The translations under genes were made by a program, and so were the position numbers. From positions 32,001-96,000 of the forward strand of contig JAHLWS010000087.1 in assembly GCA_019057795.1 (NCBI GenBank): a stretch of 64,000 nucleotides of DNA, given 5' to 3'. Every line of letters begins with the position of its first letter. Within the stretch, counting starts at the first letter, position 1. The stretch is from Promethearchaeota archaeon (GTDB lineage: Archaea; Asgardarchaeota; Lokiarchaeia; Sigyniarchaeales; SOKP01). Positions 28,996-38,788 of this stretch are shown here, one piece after another. A model generated the notes under the pieces. It saw only the letters and a list, made by a program, of their open reading frames with translations. It ran no database searches and was not told where the DNA came from.

Positions 28996-30204
28996 TCACT
29001 TAGTTAATATCTTCAATAATTTGATAAAAATATTAGGGTTTTTTAACGAAAATTTGATTAAAAAAGTAAAAACTAAGGGATTTTTTAATAACTTGAAAAT
29101 TAAATCTTTTGGGAAATCCATATCGCCATAGAGCGTTATAATATGCTCAATTTTATTTTCTTTTACTATTTTAAAGAAAACTTCGAAATCTTTATTTGTT
29201 AGTCTTTCTAAAATAAGCCTTATAAGGTAATGAAGCTTCAATTGCTTACCGATTGTTCTCAAACAAGGCGTTTCATAATGCTTTTTAATAAATCTTTTTG
29301 AAAAATTATTCTGTTTGAAACTAAGTTTAACGCAATTTGAAGCGTGCTTCGCAGCAGTCAATAACATGACAATGCCCCCTCCTGTTGTAGCTTTAACTTG
29401 CCCTGCTGCGTCACCTAACAATAAAACATTCTTAAAAGCACTTTTATTCATAATTCCGTAAGGGATAATCCCTCCTTGCTGATCTATCTTATTGTTGATA
29501 TCTATGCCTAGCTTCTTTAAATAAATATGGAAACAATCTTTTACGTTTTTAGAAGATGCTATGCCGATTCGGTAAATATTATTACCCTCAGGTACAATCC
29601 ACCCAAATAATTGTTTCCATAGAGGGTGAAAGTACATAACTGCTTCGTTTTCATGAAAATTGCCTTTAATTCTAATTTGAGCGGCATATAGAACCTTATT
29701 CTTCACTTTCAAGCGTTTTCCTACCGAAGTTAACGGCCCGTCACACCCGATTAGCATCTTAACTCTTATCAATCTTTTAGATGTATCAATTAGCACATAT
29801 CTCTGGTCATTCTCTATGCTGTATTTAAACGATCTAAACCTTTCGCCAAGATAGTAAGTGATATTCCTAGCGTTTTTATTTTTACCGTAAAATAAACGAT
29901 CTAGAGCAATTCTATCGATTACATAGGGGTGTTCGTTACCAGAAAGTTTGATGAAATTTCCCGATGGGTTAACGATTTTTGCCGTCTTAACTCGATTTAA
30001 TACGATCTCTTCAGGCAGTTCTATTAATTGACTTAACTTTTGGGAAATAATTCCAGCACATTGAAACGGTAAGCCAATATCTTTGTGCTCCTCGATAACA
30101 ACAATTTTTATATTCGATTTAGACAATAAATAAGTTAAATAATTTCCGCATATACTCGCACCAACAACGCATACATCAAAATTTTCGAAATTTCTTTTTT
30201 CCAT
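28996..30204 (-). CDS. Geranylgeranyl reductase family FAD oxidoreductase
   Basis: DVCVVGA, QCAG, IGCDG, FGWIVP, LLGDAAGQVKATTGGGI. Confidence 0.85.
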   Translation of the reverse strand: MEKRNFENFDVCVVGASICGNYLTYLLSKSNIKIVVIEEHKDIGLPFQCAGIISQKLSQLIELPEEIVLNRVKTAKIVNPSGNFIKLSGNEHPYVIDRIALDRLFYGKNKNARNITYYLGERFRSFKYSIENDQRYVLIDTSKRLIRVKMLIGCDGPLTSVGKRLKVKNKVLYAAQIRIKGNFHENEAVMYFHPLWKQLFGWIVPEGNNIYRIGIASSKNVKDCFHIYLKKLGIDINNKIDQQGGIIPYGIMNKSAFKNVLLLGDAAGQVKATTGGGIVMLLTAAKHASNCVKLSFKQNNFSKRFIKKHYETPCLRTIGKQLKLHYLIRLILERLTNKDFEVFFKIVKENKIEHIITLYGDMDFPKDLIFKLLKNPLVFTFLIKFSLKNPNIFIKLLKILTK

Positions 30205-30255
30205 TATAAGATGTTATGTTTACTACAAATTAGAATTTTTTGAAAAGTAATAAAA

Positions 30256-31251
30256 TCATTTATTACGATATCCTAGATCCATCATCATGCCGTATACTAT
30301 GCCTAACGCAATACCGTTAAGAACGGGATTATCCTCAATTGATAAATCGGTTCTTGGGATTAACATAGGCATGATTTGCTCCAGTACATATCTCGTTTCT
30401 GGTTTTTTACTGTATAAATTAATTATCGCTTCTCTAAATTCTTTCATAAAAGCTTCGTGCTCTAATAGCATTTTCCGAATGTTTTCTTTTCCATTAATAA
30501 CTCCAAAATGACCAAAACCAGCTTTGGAGGGAAATAATTTCTTAAGATTTCTTAAAGTTGCCATATATTCTTCGTGATTATAATAAGTAGGCATAGATGT
30601 TGGCATAGTTATTAATTCTGAAGTGTGGTAAATTGCACCAACGCTTTCTCCAAGTTGTATAAAGTCAATTAAATTATCCTTAATAAATATAGGACATTGG
30701 TGGTCTGGAGTGTGTCCTGGAGTTTTTAAAATACCCAATTTAACTTCTGAACCATTAATCGTAAAAGAATCGATAAAATCAAGTTTGTCTGCTTCTGAAT
30801 TGAATTTTGTGCTAGGTTCTACTATTTGAAATGCACTTTCCTCAATAGGTTTCATCGAACCTATTAAATTTCCATAAGTTCGCTTTCCGCGAGCCAAATG
30901 CTCTTCGTAATTGTTAAGTAATTCTTTAGTTTTTTGGTTTGTAAGGATTTTAACTTCGGGGTTGTAATCCTTTAATATCTCGTAAAGCTGCCATAGCCCA
31001 CCGTTATGATCAAAATGGTGATGAGTTGTAGTGAGGTATTTAAACGAAGATAAGTCTATTTTCAGCTTTTTTAAAAATTTAATTAATTTCTTCGTATCTA
31101 ATGACGACCCGCAATCGATTAAAACAGAACAATTGTCAAATTGCCCGACGAAAATAGAAAGCATTCGAGGCGTTCCGTAAGCTTTTACATCTATATGATA
31201 TAAATACTCGTTAATCTTCCCAGTTTCAATGGTGATTAAGTCTTGTACCAT
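30256..31251 (-). CDS. MBL-fold metallo-hydrolase
   Basis: IDCG, THHHFDHNGG, TPGHTPDH, FGHFG; ATG 31251 preferred over 31329. Confidence 0.85.
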   Translation of the reverse strand: MVQDLITIETGKINEYLYHIDVKAYGTPRMLSIFVGQFDNCSVLIDCGSSLDTKKLIKFLKKLKIDLSSFKYLTTTHHHFDHNGGLWQLYEILKDYNPEVKILTNQKTKELLNNYEEHLARGKRTYGNLIGSMKPIEESAFQIVEPSTKFNSEADKLDFIDSFTINGSEVKLGILKTPGHTPDHQCPIFIKDNLIDFIQLGESVGAIYHTSELITMPTSMPTYYNHEEYMATLRNLKKLFPSKAGFGHFGVINGKENIRKMLLEHEAFMKEFREAIINLYSKKPETRYVLEQIMPMLIPRTDLSIEDNPVLNGIALGIVYGMMMDLGYRNK

Positions 31252-31630
31252 AAAAATAATAAGAAAAAATCGAATAAGAAGTATTTTATTTCTCGTTTGT
31301 AATTTAAATTTGGAAGAACGAGGAATCAAACCAAATGAGAATCTAAAAAGAATAGCGAAAATATATTATTCTGTACAAAGTATCTGTCTGAAATAGGAGT
31401 AGATAGCAGTTGCGTTGAGGTTACTTCTTAACGACGACATATCAATTCTTCCATCAGAAGGAATAAACCTCACATTGAATAATCCTATCTTATCAGACAT
31501 GTAAGTATTAGCATATGAGTGTTTTGTTGATGTGCCTATTTCTGTTGCTAAAACATATGTTAAGTCGAACAAGTTCAGATAAGTCCTAAAAAAAAGACTA
31601 CAATTCTAGTGCTTGTTCTATATAAGATGG

Positions 31631-32656
31631 TTATATAGTATTAAAAGCATTTTTTAAACTTTTTTCTGCATCATATATGATAGTATCAATTATCTCCTTT
31701 ACAGTTTTCACGCGATCAATCAATCCGATACTTTGTCCTAAATAAACAATACCCTCCTGAACATTTCCTTCATAGGTCATTTCTAGTTCAGCTAGTTCTT
31801 TTTCAACTTTGGAAGTTGAAGTTTCTCCAGCTTGTTTTTCCTCTTTACTTTCAATTAAACCATGCGTTTCAGCACCTATGTTCTTCCATACTCTTGCAGG
31901 ACCAAAAATCCCAGTTTTTAGTTCCGTATCAGATGCACTAGAATTAACAACAATTTGTTTGTAATTATCATGGAATTCACATTCTTTTGATGCGATAAAT
32001 CTTGAACCCATCGCAATAGCACCAGCGCCCATAGATAAGGCAGAAGCTAATCCATCACCTGTAGCATAGCCTCCACAAGCAATTACAGGAACTTCTGGTA
32101 GCTTTTTTCTTATTTCTTGTAAAAGTACTAATGTGGTTATTTTATCGTAAGATTGGTGACCTCCCCCTTCGATTCCAGTTGCAACAATTCCATCAATTCC
32201 ACTATTCATTAATTTTTTAGCTAAATATATTGAAGGGGCAACATGGAAATGCTTAATTTTTGAACCAGTTTCTTTCAATTTTTCAAAATGTTTGTTATAA
32301 ATCAGTTTAGGTGAGCCAGCACTCGTAAGCAAATAAACGCATTGCTCTCTTATTCTCTGGTTATCCATAATAAATCTTGGTAATTGCCTACAAAGTTTTA
32401 TGGCATCAGGTTGTAATCGGGCTGTTCTGATGTTAAAACCAAAAGGCTTATCAGTGTGCTCAACAACATATTCCATGCTTTTCTTCATTTCATTTAAAGA
32501 TACAGTTCCGTGCAAAGTAACATGGCTTAATACACCTAACCCTCCCGCCTCAGACACCGCTACTGTTAATTTTGTTGTATAAAACGGACCCATTGGCGCG
32601 CTTAAAATTGGATGTTTGATTCCAAGCATCTTGGTAATATCAGTTTCAATAAACAT
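31631..32656 (-). CDS. Nitronate monooxygenase / FabK-like FMN oxidoreductase
   Basis: PILSAPM, VSEAGGLG, EGGGH, VIACGG, MGSRF. Confidence 0.88.
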   Translation of the reverse strand: MFIETDITKMLGIKHPILSAPMGPFYTTKLTVAVSEAGGLGVLSHVTLHGTVSLNEMKKSMEYVVEHTDKPFGFNIRTARLQPDAIKLCRQLPRFIMDNQRIREQCVYLLTSAGSPKLIYNKHFEKLKETGSKIKHFHVAPSIYLAKKLMNSGIDGIVATGIEGGGHQSYDKITTLVLLQEIRKKLPEVPVIACGGYATGDGLASALSMGAGAIAMGSRFIASKECEFHDNYKQIVVNSSASDTELKTGIFGPARVWKNIGAETHGLIESKEEKQAGETSTSKVEKELAELEMTYEGNVQEGIVYLGQSIGLIDRVKTVKEIIDTIIYDAEKSLKNAFNTI

Positions 32657-33193
32657 TTAAAATCACTTTCTTTTTTATTAAATTTTGTAGTAAATTTATT
32701 CAATATATATTTATATAAATAGGAAGTTATTCAAAGTTTTTATATAAACCTTTTTCGAAGCTTTGGATTATTAAAGATATTATTACAAAAATATACCTTT
32801 CTTATTAAAGCACTAAAATGAGGATTATCAAAAGTTTATAAAAAAATTACCTCATTGATTACTCTATTCAATTGACTCAAAATTAAAATATATATCTAAT
32901 CATTTACAAAATAAGAAATAATAGTCATATTGAACTCAAATGATATCTTAGAAGAATGTAGTAGTGGTAATATAATTACAGATAAATATTTCATCTCAAA
33001 AATTCTGATTAATTGTTATAGATATGTTATATTGAACATTCTATTTTGTTTTTAGACATGTTTTTCTACTTATACGCGAGATCATAACTTTGATGAGATT
33101 AAACACTCTGCTGTTAATGTTATGGACTTATCTACCTTAAAAAGAAGTATTTGATTTGAAATAAAATAAATTAAAAAGGTTTTAAAAAATTGA

Positions 33194-35449
33194 TTAAATA
33201 TTTAATTTTTGGCGCCAAAAATTCATTTTCATTCTGAGGTCTTCTTTCTCCGGTTGACTAAGTACATATGTTTTATTCCTTAGAGTTGTGCTGGTATTAT
33301 GAATGTTCTTTAACACGCTGTTATATCCAGATTCTTTAATATATTCGCTTTGAAACTTTTCAAGAGCCGAAGAGAGTTCAATGCCCGTCAAAGAGTCAAC
33401 ATTATCAAAGATTAAGTCAAATTGTTTTGTCAACAAAGATTTTTCCCCGGATGGCGTTGTTTTTAGAACAGGCACCTCTTTTTCAGGTGGAGCAATTACT
33501 TTTGGTATCTGAACTATTGGTTTTAATTTTACGTGTTCTTTTAGTGGTTCTTCAGCGATCTTAACGGGTTCTTGAGCTAATTTCGGTGGTGGAGTTTCTT
33601 GTATAATTGATGACTTAATAGCATGCATAACTTCCTTTCTTGCGCCCATCCAGGATTCCTCTAGAATAGGGACAAAAATTTTGATATGTTCTTCTATAAT
33701 ACTTCCTATTCCAGCAATCTCAGTTATAGACTCCCCTCTCACTTCTGCTTTTGAAAGCACGCATACGATTACTTCTTCGTAATCTCGATTTATACCCCAT
33801 AAATTTTGTAAAGCGCGATGTCTATAATCCACATTATCCATTTTATCCATCTTTTGGATTACAGCTACGTGTTCGGGATTATCGAAATCTATATTTGCAG
33901 CTATTCTGAAATTTATCCTTGAAGGTCGCTCCATTATTGCGTTAATATCTATATCGCTGATTTGAGGGACAACGAGTAATACTCTCATTTTTGCTTTTGA
34001 AATTTCGTCGCTAATGTGTGCCTTAGCGGCTTCAGGGGAGCGAATGAACCAAATATCTTTCATTGTAATTGATCTCCCGGTTTTCGCTTGCTCCCAGAAT
34101 TCACTTGTGACTTTTTCGGATCTTTCGAGTTTATTCAATATATCATCAAGCGTATTATCTAAAGTTGCGACAATTTGTTCGTAAAAAACATCTTTTAAAT
34201 TGCCAAGCGATTGAAACGTCGTACCAGAGATTCCTTCTATTTTTTCTTCAGCCATTTTTATTGCTCTATTAAAATTTTCAGTAATATCCCCGTATATCTT
34301 CTCTTTATCTTCTTCTACCTTTGAGGTAAGACCATCAATATTTTCAAGGGTACTTTTTAATGATTCTTTCAATTTTGATATTAATTCAGAATCAACGCCT
34401 TGAGTCACTTTTTTAAGCTCGTCAGAGAATGCGACTTGGCTTACGGATAGTTGCACATTGATATTATCAGAGATTTCTTTTAATTTTGCGTTTACAACCT
34501 TATCAATCACTTGTTCAACAGCTTCGGAAATTACCCCAAGACGTAACTTCTGCAGATTTTGAGAGACAGTTGATTTAATGTTCTCAAATTCGTTCTTCAA
34601 ATCGCTAACCTGTCCTTTAATGATTTGAGATGTCTTTGTGTTAATATCATCAAATCTTTTTTTAAGATCGGCGATTTGAGGTGATTCCATAACCGAATCA
34701 GCGTATCCTTCGAGGTTTGAGATTTCATCTGAGATCCCTCTAATTTGATCCATTACTACTAATGTGTCGTCAAACTCTTTCTTCTGCGATTTAATCTGTG
34801 TTAGCATATTTTCTTTTAATTCGTTCATTAACTCAGTAGGTATGGGCTTTCTTTCAACTTTAACTTCAACCTTTCCAGACTCTGATTCTAACTGTGCAAA
34901 TGATTTTTCTAGTTGGGTAGGTATGTTGACTTTAATATCTGAGATATATTTGTGAAATTTTTTTAACTGGCTAACTAAGGCTGCGTATGGAGGTAGAGCG
35001 CTATAATGCGGTTTTGCTCCAATGATTTCCTTAAAAAGTCCTTTTTTAACAAATTTAGTCGCCATCTCTTGGCATTCAGCTTTAGGTTTTCCCGTTAAAA
35101 TTGCCATTTCGCCGATGCTAACGGCTTCACGACCCGTGATTCTGAAATACAGTTCAATCTCGTCGTCAGAGAGATCAATTTCGCTCAAAACTTGTTTTGT
35201 AAGTTCTTTTGAATAGGAAACTTCGTCTTTTTTGAGTATTTCCTTTATTTCAAAATTCTCGACTTCTAAATATTGATTAAAATAAACAATTAAATTATGT
35301 TCAGGGGATCCGTGTAGAATTTCTTTTTTAATCGGAAATTTTAAAACATCTTGGTATTCCTTCTTGGTTATTTTAAAAGGTATTTCTTTCAAACATAATT
35401 TACAGGTATATGGTATCTCTACTTCTTCCTTTTCTTTAAATAAATACAA
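33194..35449 (-). CDS. TrmB-like protein: N-terminal CxxC/HH Zn domain, winged HTH, long coiled coil, PLD-like effector domain
   Basis: CKLC...HGSPEH; LSDDEIELYFRI...SIGEMAILTG...KKGL...PHYSALPP (TrmB HTH); IWFIRS..A.AHI.DEISKAK.RVLLVVP (TrmB C-domain). Confidence 0.65.
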   Translation of the reverse strand: MYLFKEKEEVEIPYTCKLCLKEIPFKITKKEYQDVLKFPIKKEILHGSPEHNLIVYFNQYLEVENFEIKEILKKDEVSYSKELTKQVLSEIDLSDDEIELYFRITGREAVSIGEMAILTGKPKAECQEMATKFVKKGLFKEIIGAKPHYSALPPYAALVSQLKKFHKYISDIKVNIPTQLEKSFAQLESESGKVEVKVERKPIPTELMNELKENMLTQIKSQKKEFDDTLVVMDQIRGISDEISNLEGYADSVMESPQIADLKKRFDDINTKTSQIIKGQVSDLKNEFENIKSTVSQNLQKLRLGVISEAVEQVIDKVVNAKLKEISDNINVQLSVSQVAFSDELKKVTQGVDSELISKLKESLKSTLENIDGLTSKVEEDKEKIYGDITENFNRAIKMAEEKIEGISGTTFQSLGNLKDVFYEQIVATLDNTLDDILNKLERSEKVTSEFWEQAKTGRSITMKDIWFIRSPEAAKAHISDEISKAKMRVLLVVPQISDIDINAIMERPSRINFRIAANIDFDNPEHVAVIQKMDKMDNVDYRHRALQNLWGINRDYEEVIVCVLSKAEVRGESITEIAGIGSIIEEHIKIFVPILEESWMGARKEVMHAIKSSIIQETPPPKLAQEPVKIAEEPLKEHVKLKPIVQIPKVIAPPEKEVPVLKTTPSGEKSLLTKQFDLIFDNVDSLTGIELSSALEKFQSEYIKESGYNSVLKNIHNTSTTLRNKTYVLSQPEKEDLRMKMNFWRQKLNI

Positions 35450-35483
35450 TTCTTTACACCTCTCGTTCTAGTTAATTGGTGAT

Positions 35484-36740
35484 TTAAAAAGTAACTTTTT
35501 CTGGAAAGGATATTTCCAATAAGTTTAAGGCTTTTTTAGCGATTTCATAAGTAATTTTTCCATCCGTTTCCTCCTTTCTATAAGCTTCTCTGATTTTTGG
35601 TAGTAAATATTCTGGAAAAATTGTTAGTGGTTTAATGTCCGTAAGCAAACAAATCCAACTTCTTTTATTTTCGTCTTTAATTTCAGTAATCACGTTTAAT
35701 TTCTTTAAATTATCAAGCAAAATTTCCGTGACGGCGAACTCTGAAAAGATTTTTGGTATTTTATCTAGTGGATAATGGTTCGAACGCATTAAGACGAAGA
35801 AATCATAAACATCAGGGTTAAGTAATATTGAAGCCAGTTTTTTGGTATTTTCAAAAGGTTCTGCATAGGGATCGTAATTTGTGAAATAGTCTGTAGATTT
35901 TTGCCTAAATAAAGGTAATAATTCGTTGTTTGTGTCCTTAAAATGCTTTAAGAGATTTTCGTTGGGAACACGGGCTAAAATTAAATCTTTGAGTAAAAAT
36001 AGATACTCTCCTTGATTTGTTATCACTCCAGTCTTTTTATCTTTCTCACCTTTTACCCAATCACGCCTTGCTAAGTTCAATTCTATAAAGGGTCTAAGTA
36101 AAATATCAATATTAGCTGTAGGTTTCATTTTTTCAACTATTTTTTTCATTTCGTTTTTTGAAATGGGTTGTTCTCTTAAAGTTTCTAAGATTTTTAACCG
36201 TTCATCGCTATTATAGATTAGAGCTACTTTTTGAAGTTTGTCTAATTGACTTAAACGCTCAATTTGAAATATGGTATACTTTAATTCGTTCATTAAACGG
36301 ACGTTTACGTTGGAAACTAAATCCAATTGCCTCGTATTTACAGCTTTAGTTAATTTTTCAAAAATAGTGTCTAATCTTTTTGCCATTTCTTTAATTAAAT
36401 CCTCAAACAATTCTATTTCGTCGTCTAATTCAAATATAGACATCGCAAGATATTGAGTTCCATCGGCTAACTGCTTGAAATACGACAAAACTTGATATGG
36501 CGTTTCTTTTAAGCGGCCAGTATAGAAATTACTGAATCCGTATTTCATGCCAATAATACCCGTTGTGTGTTGATAGAACGTGGCAAATATATCGTTCTCT
36601 ATGATCAGTTCTGAAAAGTCGTCTTCTTTAAATTTTTTATTCTTAAACACTAATTGAATTGGGCTAAATTCGGGATCTATCTCCCCTGTAGTTTCATTCT
36701 GATTCAATTTAAATTGAAATGTACAAATCGATTGTATCAA
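35484..36740 (-). CDS. Hypothetical protein, longin-like N-terminus plus winged-helix-like domains
   Basis: Long clean ORF co-oriented with the TrmB-like gene; ERLKILETLREQPISKNEM...ILLRPFIELNL wHTH-like. Confidence 0.5.
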   Translation of the reverse strand: MIQSICTFQFKLNQNETTGEIDPEFSPIQLVFKNKKFKEDDFSELIIENDIFATFYQHTTGIIGMKYGFSNFYTGRLKETPYQVLSYFKQLADGTQYLAMSIFELDDEIELFEDLIKEMAKRLDTIFEKLTKAVNTRQLDLVSNVNVRLMNELKYTIFQIERLSQLDKLQKVALIYNSDERLKILETLREQPISKNEMKKIVEKMKPTANIDILLRPFIELNLARRDWVKGEKDKKTGVITNQGEYLFLLKDLILARVPNENLLKHFKDTNNELLPLFRQKSTDYFTNYDPYAEPFENTKKLASILLNPDVYDFFVLMRSNHYPLDKIPKIFSEFAVTEILLDNLKKLNVITEIKDENKRSWICLLTDIKPLTIFPEYLLPKIREAYRKEETDGKITYEIAKKALNLLEISFPEKVTF

Positions 36741-36977
36741 TTTGGTTTGCCTCTAATTTTTTATAAGTAAATTAATTAAATTAAAATATATATAATTATG
36801 TCTTAAGTAATTTATTAACTTAAATTTAATCAATTAAAATATTTAAAATTCGTTATATTGACAAAAAAAGAGGGTAATTTTTTATACGATAATTTTTTTA
36901 ATACTTAAATAGGGAAAATTAGAAATATAACGAATTTAACATTATAAATTAGTAAAGAATTAATTTGGTGATAAAAT

Positions 36978-38612
36978 TTGCTATTAAGGTTTAAAATAAA
37001 GAAAAGATTTGGAGTAATACTTCTAATTATAACGATTATTATTTTTAATGCGCTACCCCTTTTATTACCTATCAATTTTACAAGTAATAATGAGCAGTTA
37101 ATAATTAAACCCTCGGGTGAAACTTATTATACAGATGTTCTTTGGCTTGATAATCCGACATTCGAAGATCCGATTGAACCTATTTGGTTTCCCGATATTG
37201 AGGGAGATGAGTCAGATGTTGATACTAGTACAAGTCTAAATCAAGCAAATCTACAAATTTTAGGAGAAGAATATACATTTGAAGTAATAGCAGATCCACC
37301 AGATGGTAATTGGACTGCTGTTAATAATCCAAGTTTTCCTAGATTCCCAGATAATCATTTTACTGATTCAGTCGGATTAAATGTGTATCATTATTGGGAT
37401 GAAGACGAAGATCAAACCCATAATACACCCAGTGTACATTGGAAAAGGAATTTTACAATGCCGGTAAATATGGCTGATTATATAATTACTTCTGCTTCAA
37501 TTCAATCAACATTTAATGCAACAGTTACTGTGGGGCCTCATAGTGGAGGGGGTATAGATTGTCCTGGTGATACACTACCCCAATCTTCGACATTTGATTA
37601 TGCTAGATTTTATGTTTTAGTATCTGATCCTAATAATACGTATGAATATGAGATTGCTTATAACCAAACTGTTGATCTAGGTCAAGATTCTCCAGAAATA
37701 TCTAATTATAGCGATACGCGAATGGTAAATATTCCAGAAGACGTTTTAATTGCATTCTTAACATCTATTTTTAAAGAAAATAATTTTAATTTCACTATTA
37801 CATTAGGAATCGACATTTATTGTGAAGATAATGAACCAGGTGTTGATGAAGACAGGTGGGATTCATTAATCATTAGATCATTGGATTTTAAATTTACTTA
37901 CAGAAAGAAAATAGACCAATTTACTTCAGTATCTTGGAACCAAGAAGGTGCCGCAATTAGTGGAAGTAACAAGTTAATTACCGGAGCGACCCTTCTATTC
38001 AAATATAAAATTGATCAAGATTGGACTAGTTCTTCTCCTAATTCTGAAATAAGAGTTTTAATTAATAATAATCTACATTCAGAAACTATAAAATTAAGTA
38101 AAGTTACAAATACTTTTCAAGAGGCAAAAACCGGAGGTTATGATGTAACTTTCTTAATTTTAAAAGATGTCAATATAAGCCTTTCAATTCAAATATATTT
38201 AGCAGATGAGTTTGGTTTAGAAAAAGTAATAACTGTTTCGATCACAGATGTTTACCTTTATATATCTTATATTGTAACTTTTCCGGATATTTTTTCAGAA
38301 CCTTGGATATTTGCGGGATTATTTATTATTGCAATAATCGGTGCCTCACTTTTAGCAGCTTATCTTATTGCATATCAAACATACTTAAAATATCCTGTCC
38401 CGGTTAGAAAAGTTAGGAAATATAGAAAAACATTAACTAAAGAAAAAGATCCTGGAGTACACATAATTAAACGCAAGAGTTCATTTAAAAAAATCTTTCG
38501 AAACGAATTAGATAAAACATCTAAATTTTTAAAAGGCGCCCCTCTCGATGGCAAAATAATAAGAGAGAAATTAATAGGGAATCAACAAACGGGAAGCAAT
38601 TCAGAAAAATAA
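36978..38612 (+). CDS. Cell-surface glycoprotein with C-terminal TM helix and conserved cytoplasmic tail
   Basis: Basic+hydrophobic signal peptide, many NxS/T, beta-rich ectodomain, TM, then KYPVPVRKVRKYRKTL. Confidence 0.8.
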   Translation: MLLRFKIKKRFGVILLIITIIIFNALPLLLPINFTSNNEQLIIKPSGETYYTDVLWLDNPTFEDPIEPIWFPDIEGDESDVDTSTSLNQANLQILGEEYTFEVIADPPDGNWTAVNNPSFPRFPDNHFTDSVGLNVYHYWDEDEDQTHNTPSVHWKRNFTMPVNMADYIITSASIQSTFNATVTVGPHSGGGIDCPGDTLPQSSTFDYARFYVLVSDPNNTYEYEIAYNQTVDLGQDSPEISNYSDTRMVNIPEDVLIAFLTSIFKENNFNFTITLGIDIYCEDNEPGVDEDRWDSLIIRSLDFKFTYRKKIDQFTSVSWNQEGAAISGSNKLITGATLLFKYKIDQDWTSSSPNSEIRVLINNNLHSETIKLSKVTNTFQEAKTGGYDVTFLILKDVNISLSIQIYLADEFGLEKVITVSITDVYLYISYIVTFPDIFSEPWIFAGLFIIAIIGASLLAAYLIAYQTYLKYPVPVRKVRKYRKTLTKEKDPGVHIIKRKSSFKKIFRNELDKTSKFLKGAPLDGKIIREKLIGNQQTGSNSEK

Positions 38613-38788
38613 AAAATGATTTTTTTCAAAATGTTATCTTTTATTATCAAATCTTTTTAATTCATAATATTTGGTCAAACCCATTCTCATCAAATTAATT
38701 TAAAAGCATAATTTTACTAATTATTAATATTGACATCTTATATTAAGAATTTATAATCATTCTTATAATTACAAAAGGTATAAAGAAT

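Noticed and set aside
31366-31572. 68-aa ORF
   Set aside because: No RBS or recognisable motif; at most a gene fragment
32800-33155. Possible decayed gene in a long intergenic region
   Set aside because: Only short broken frames; no family recognisable by eye
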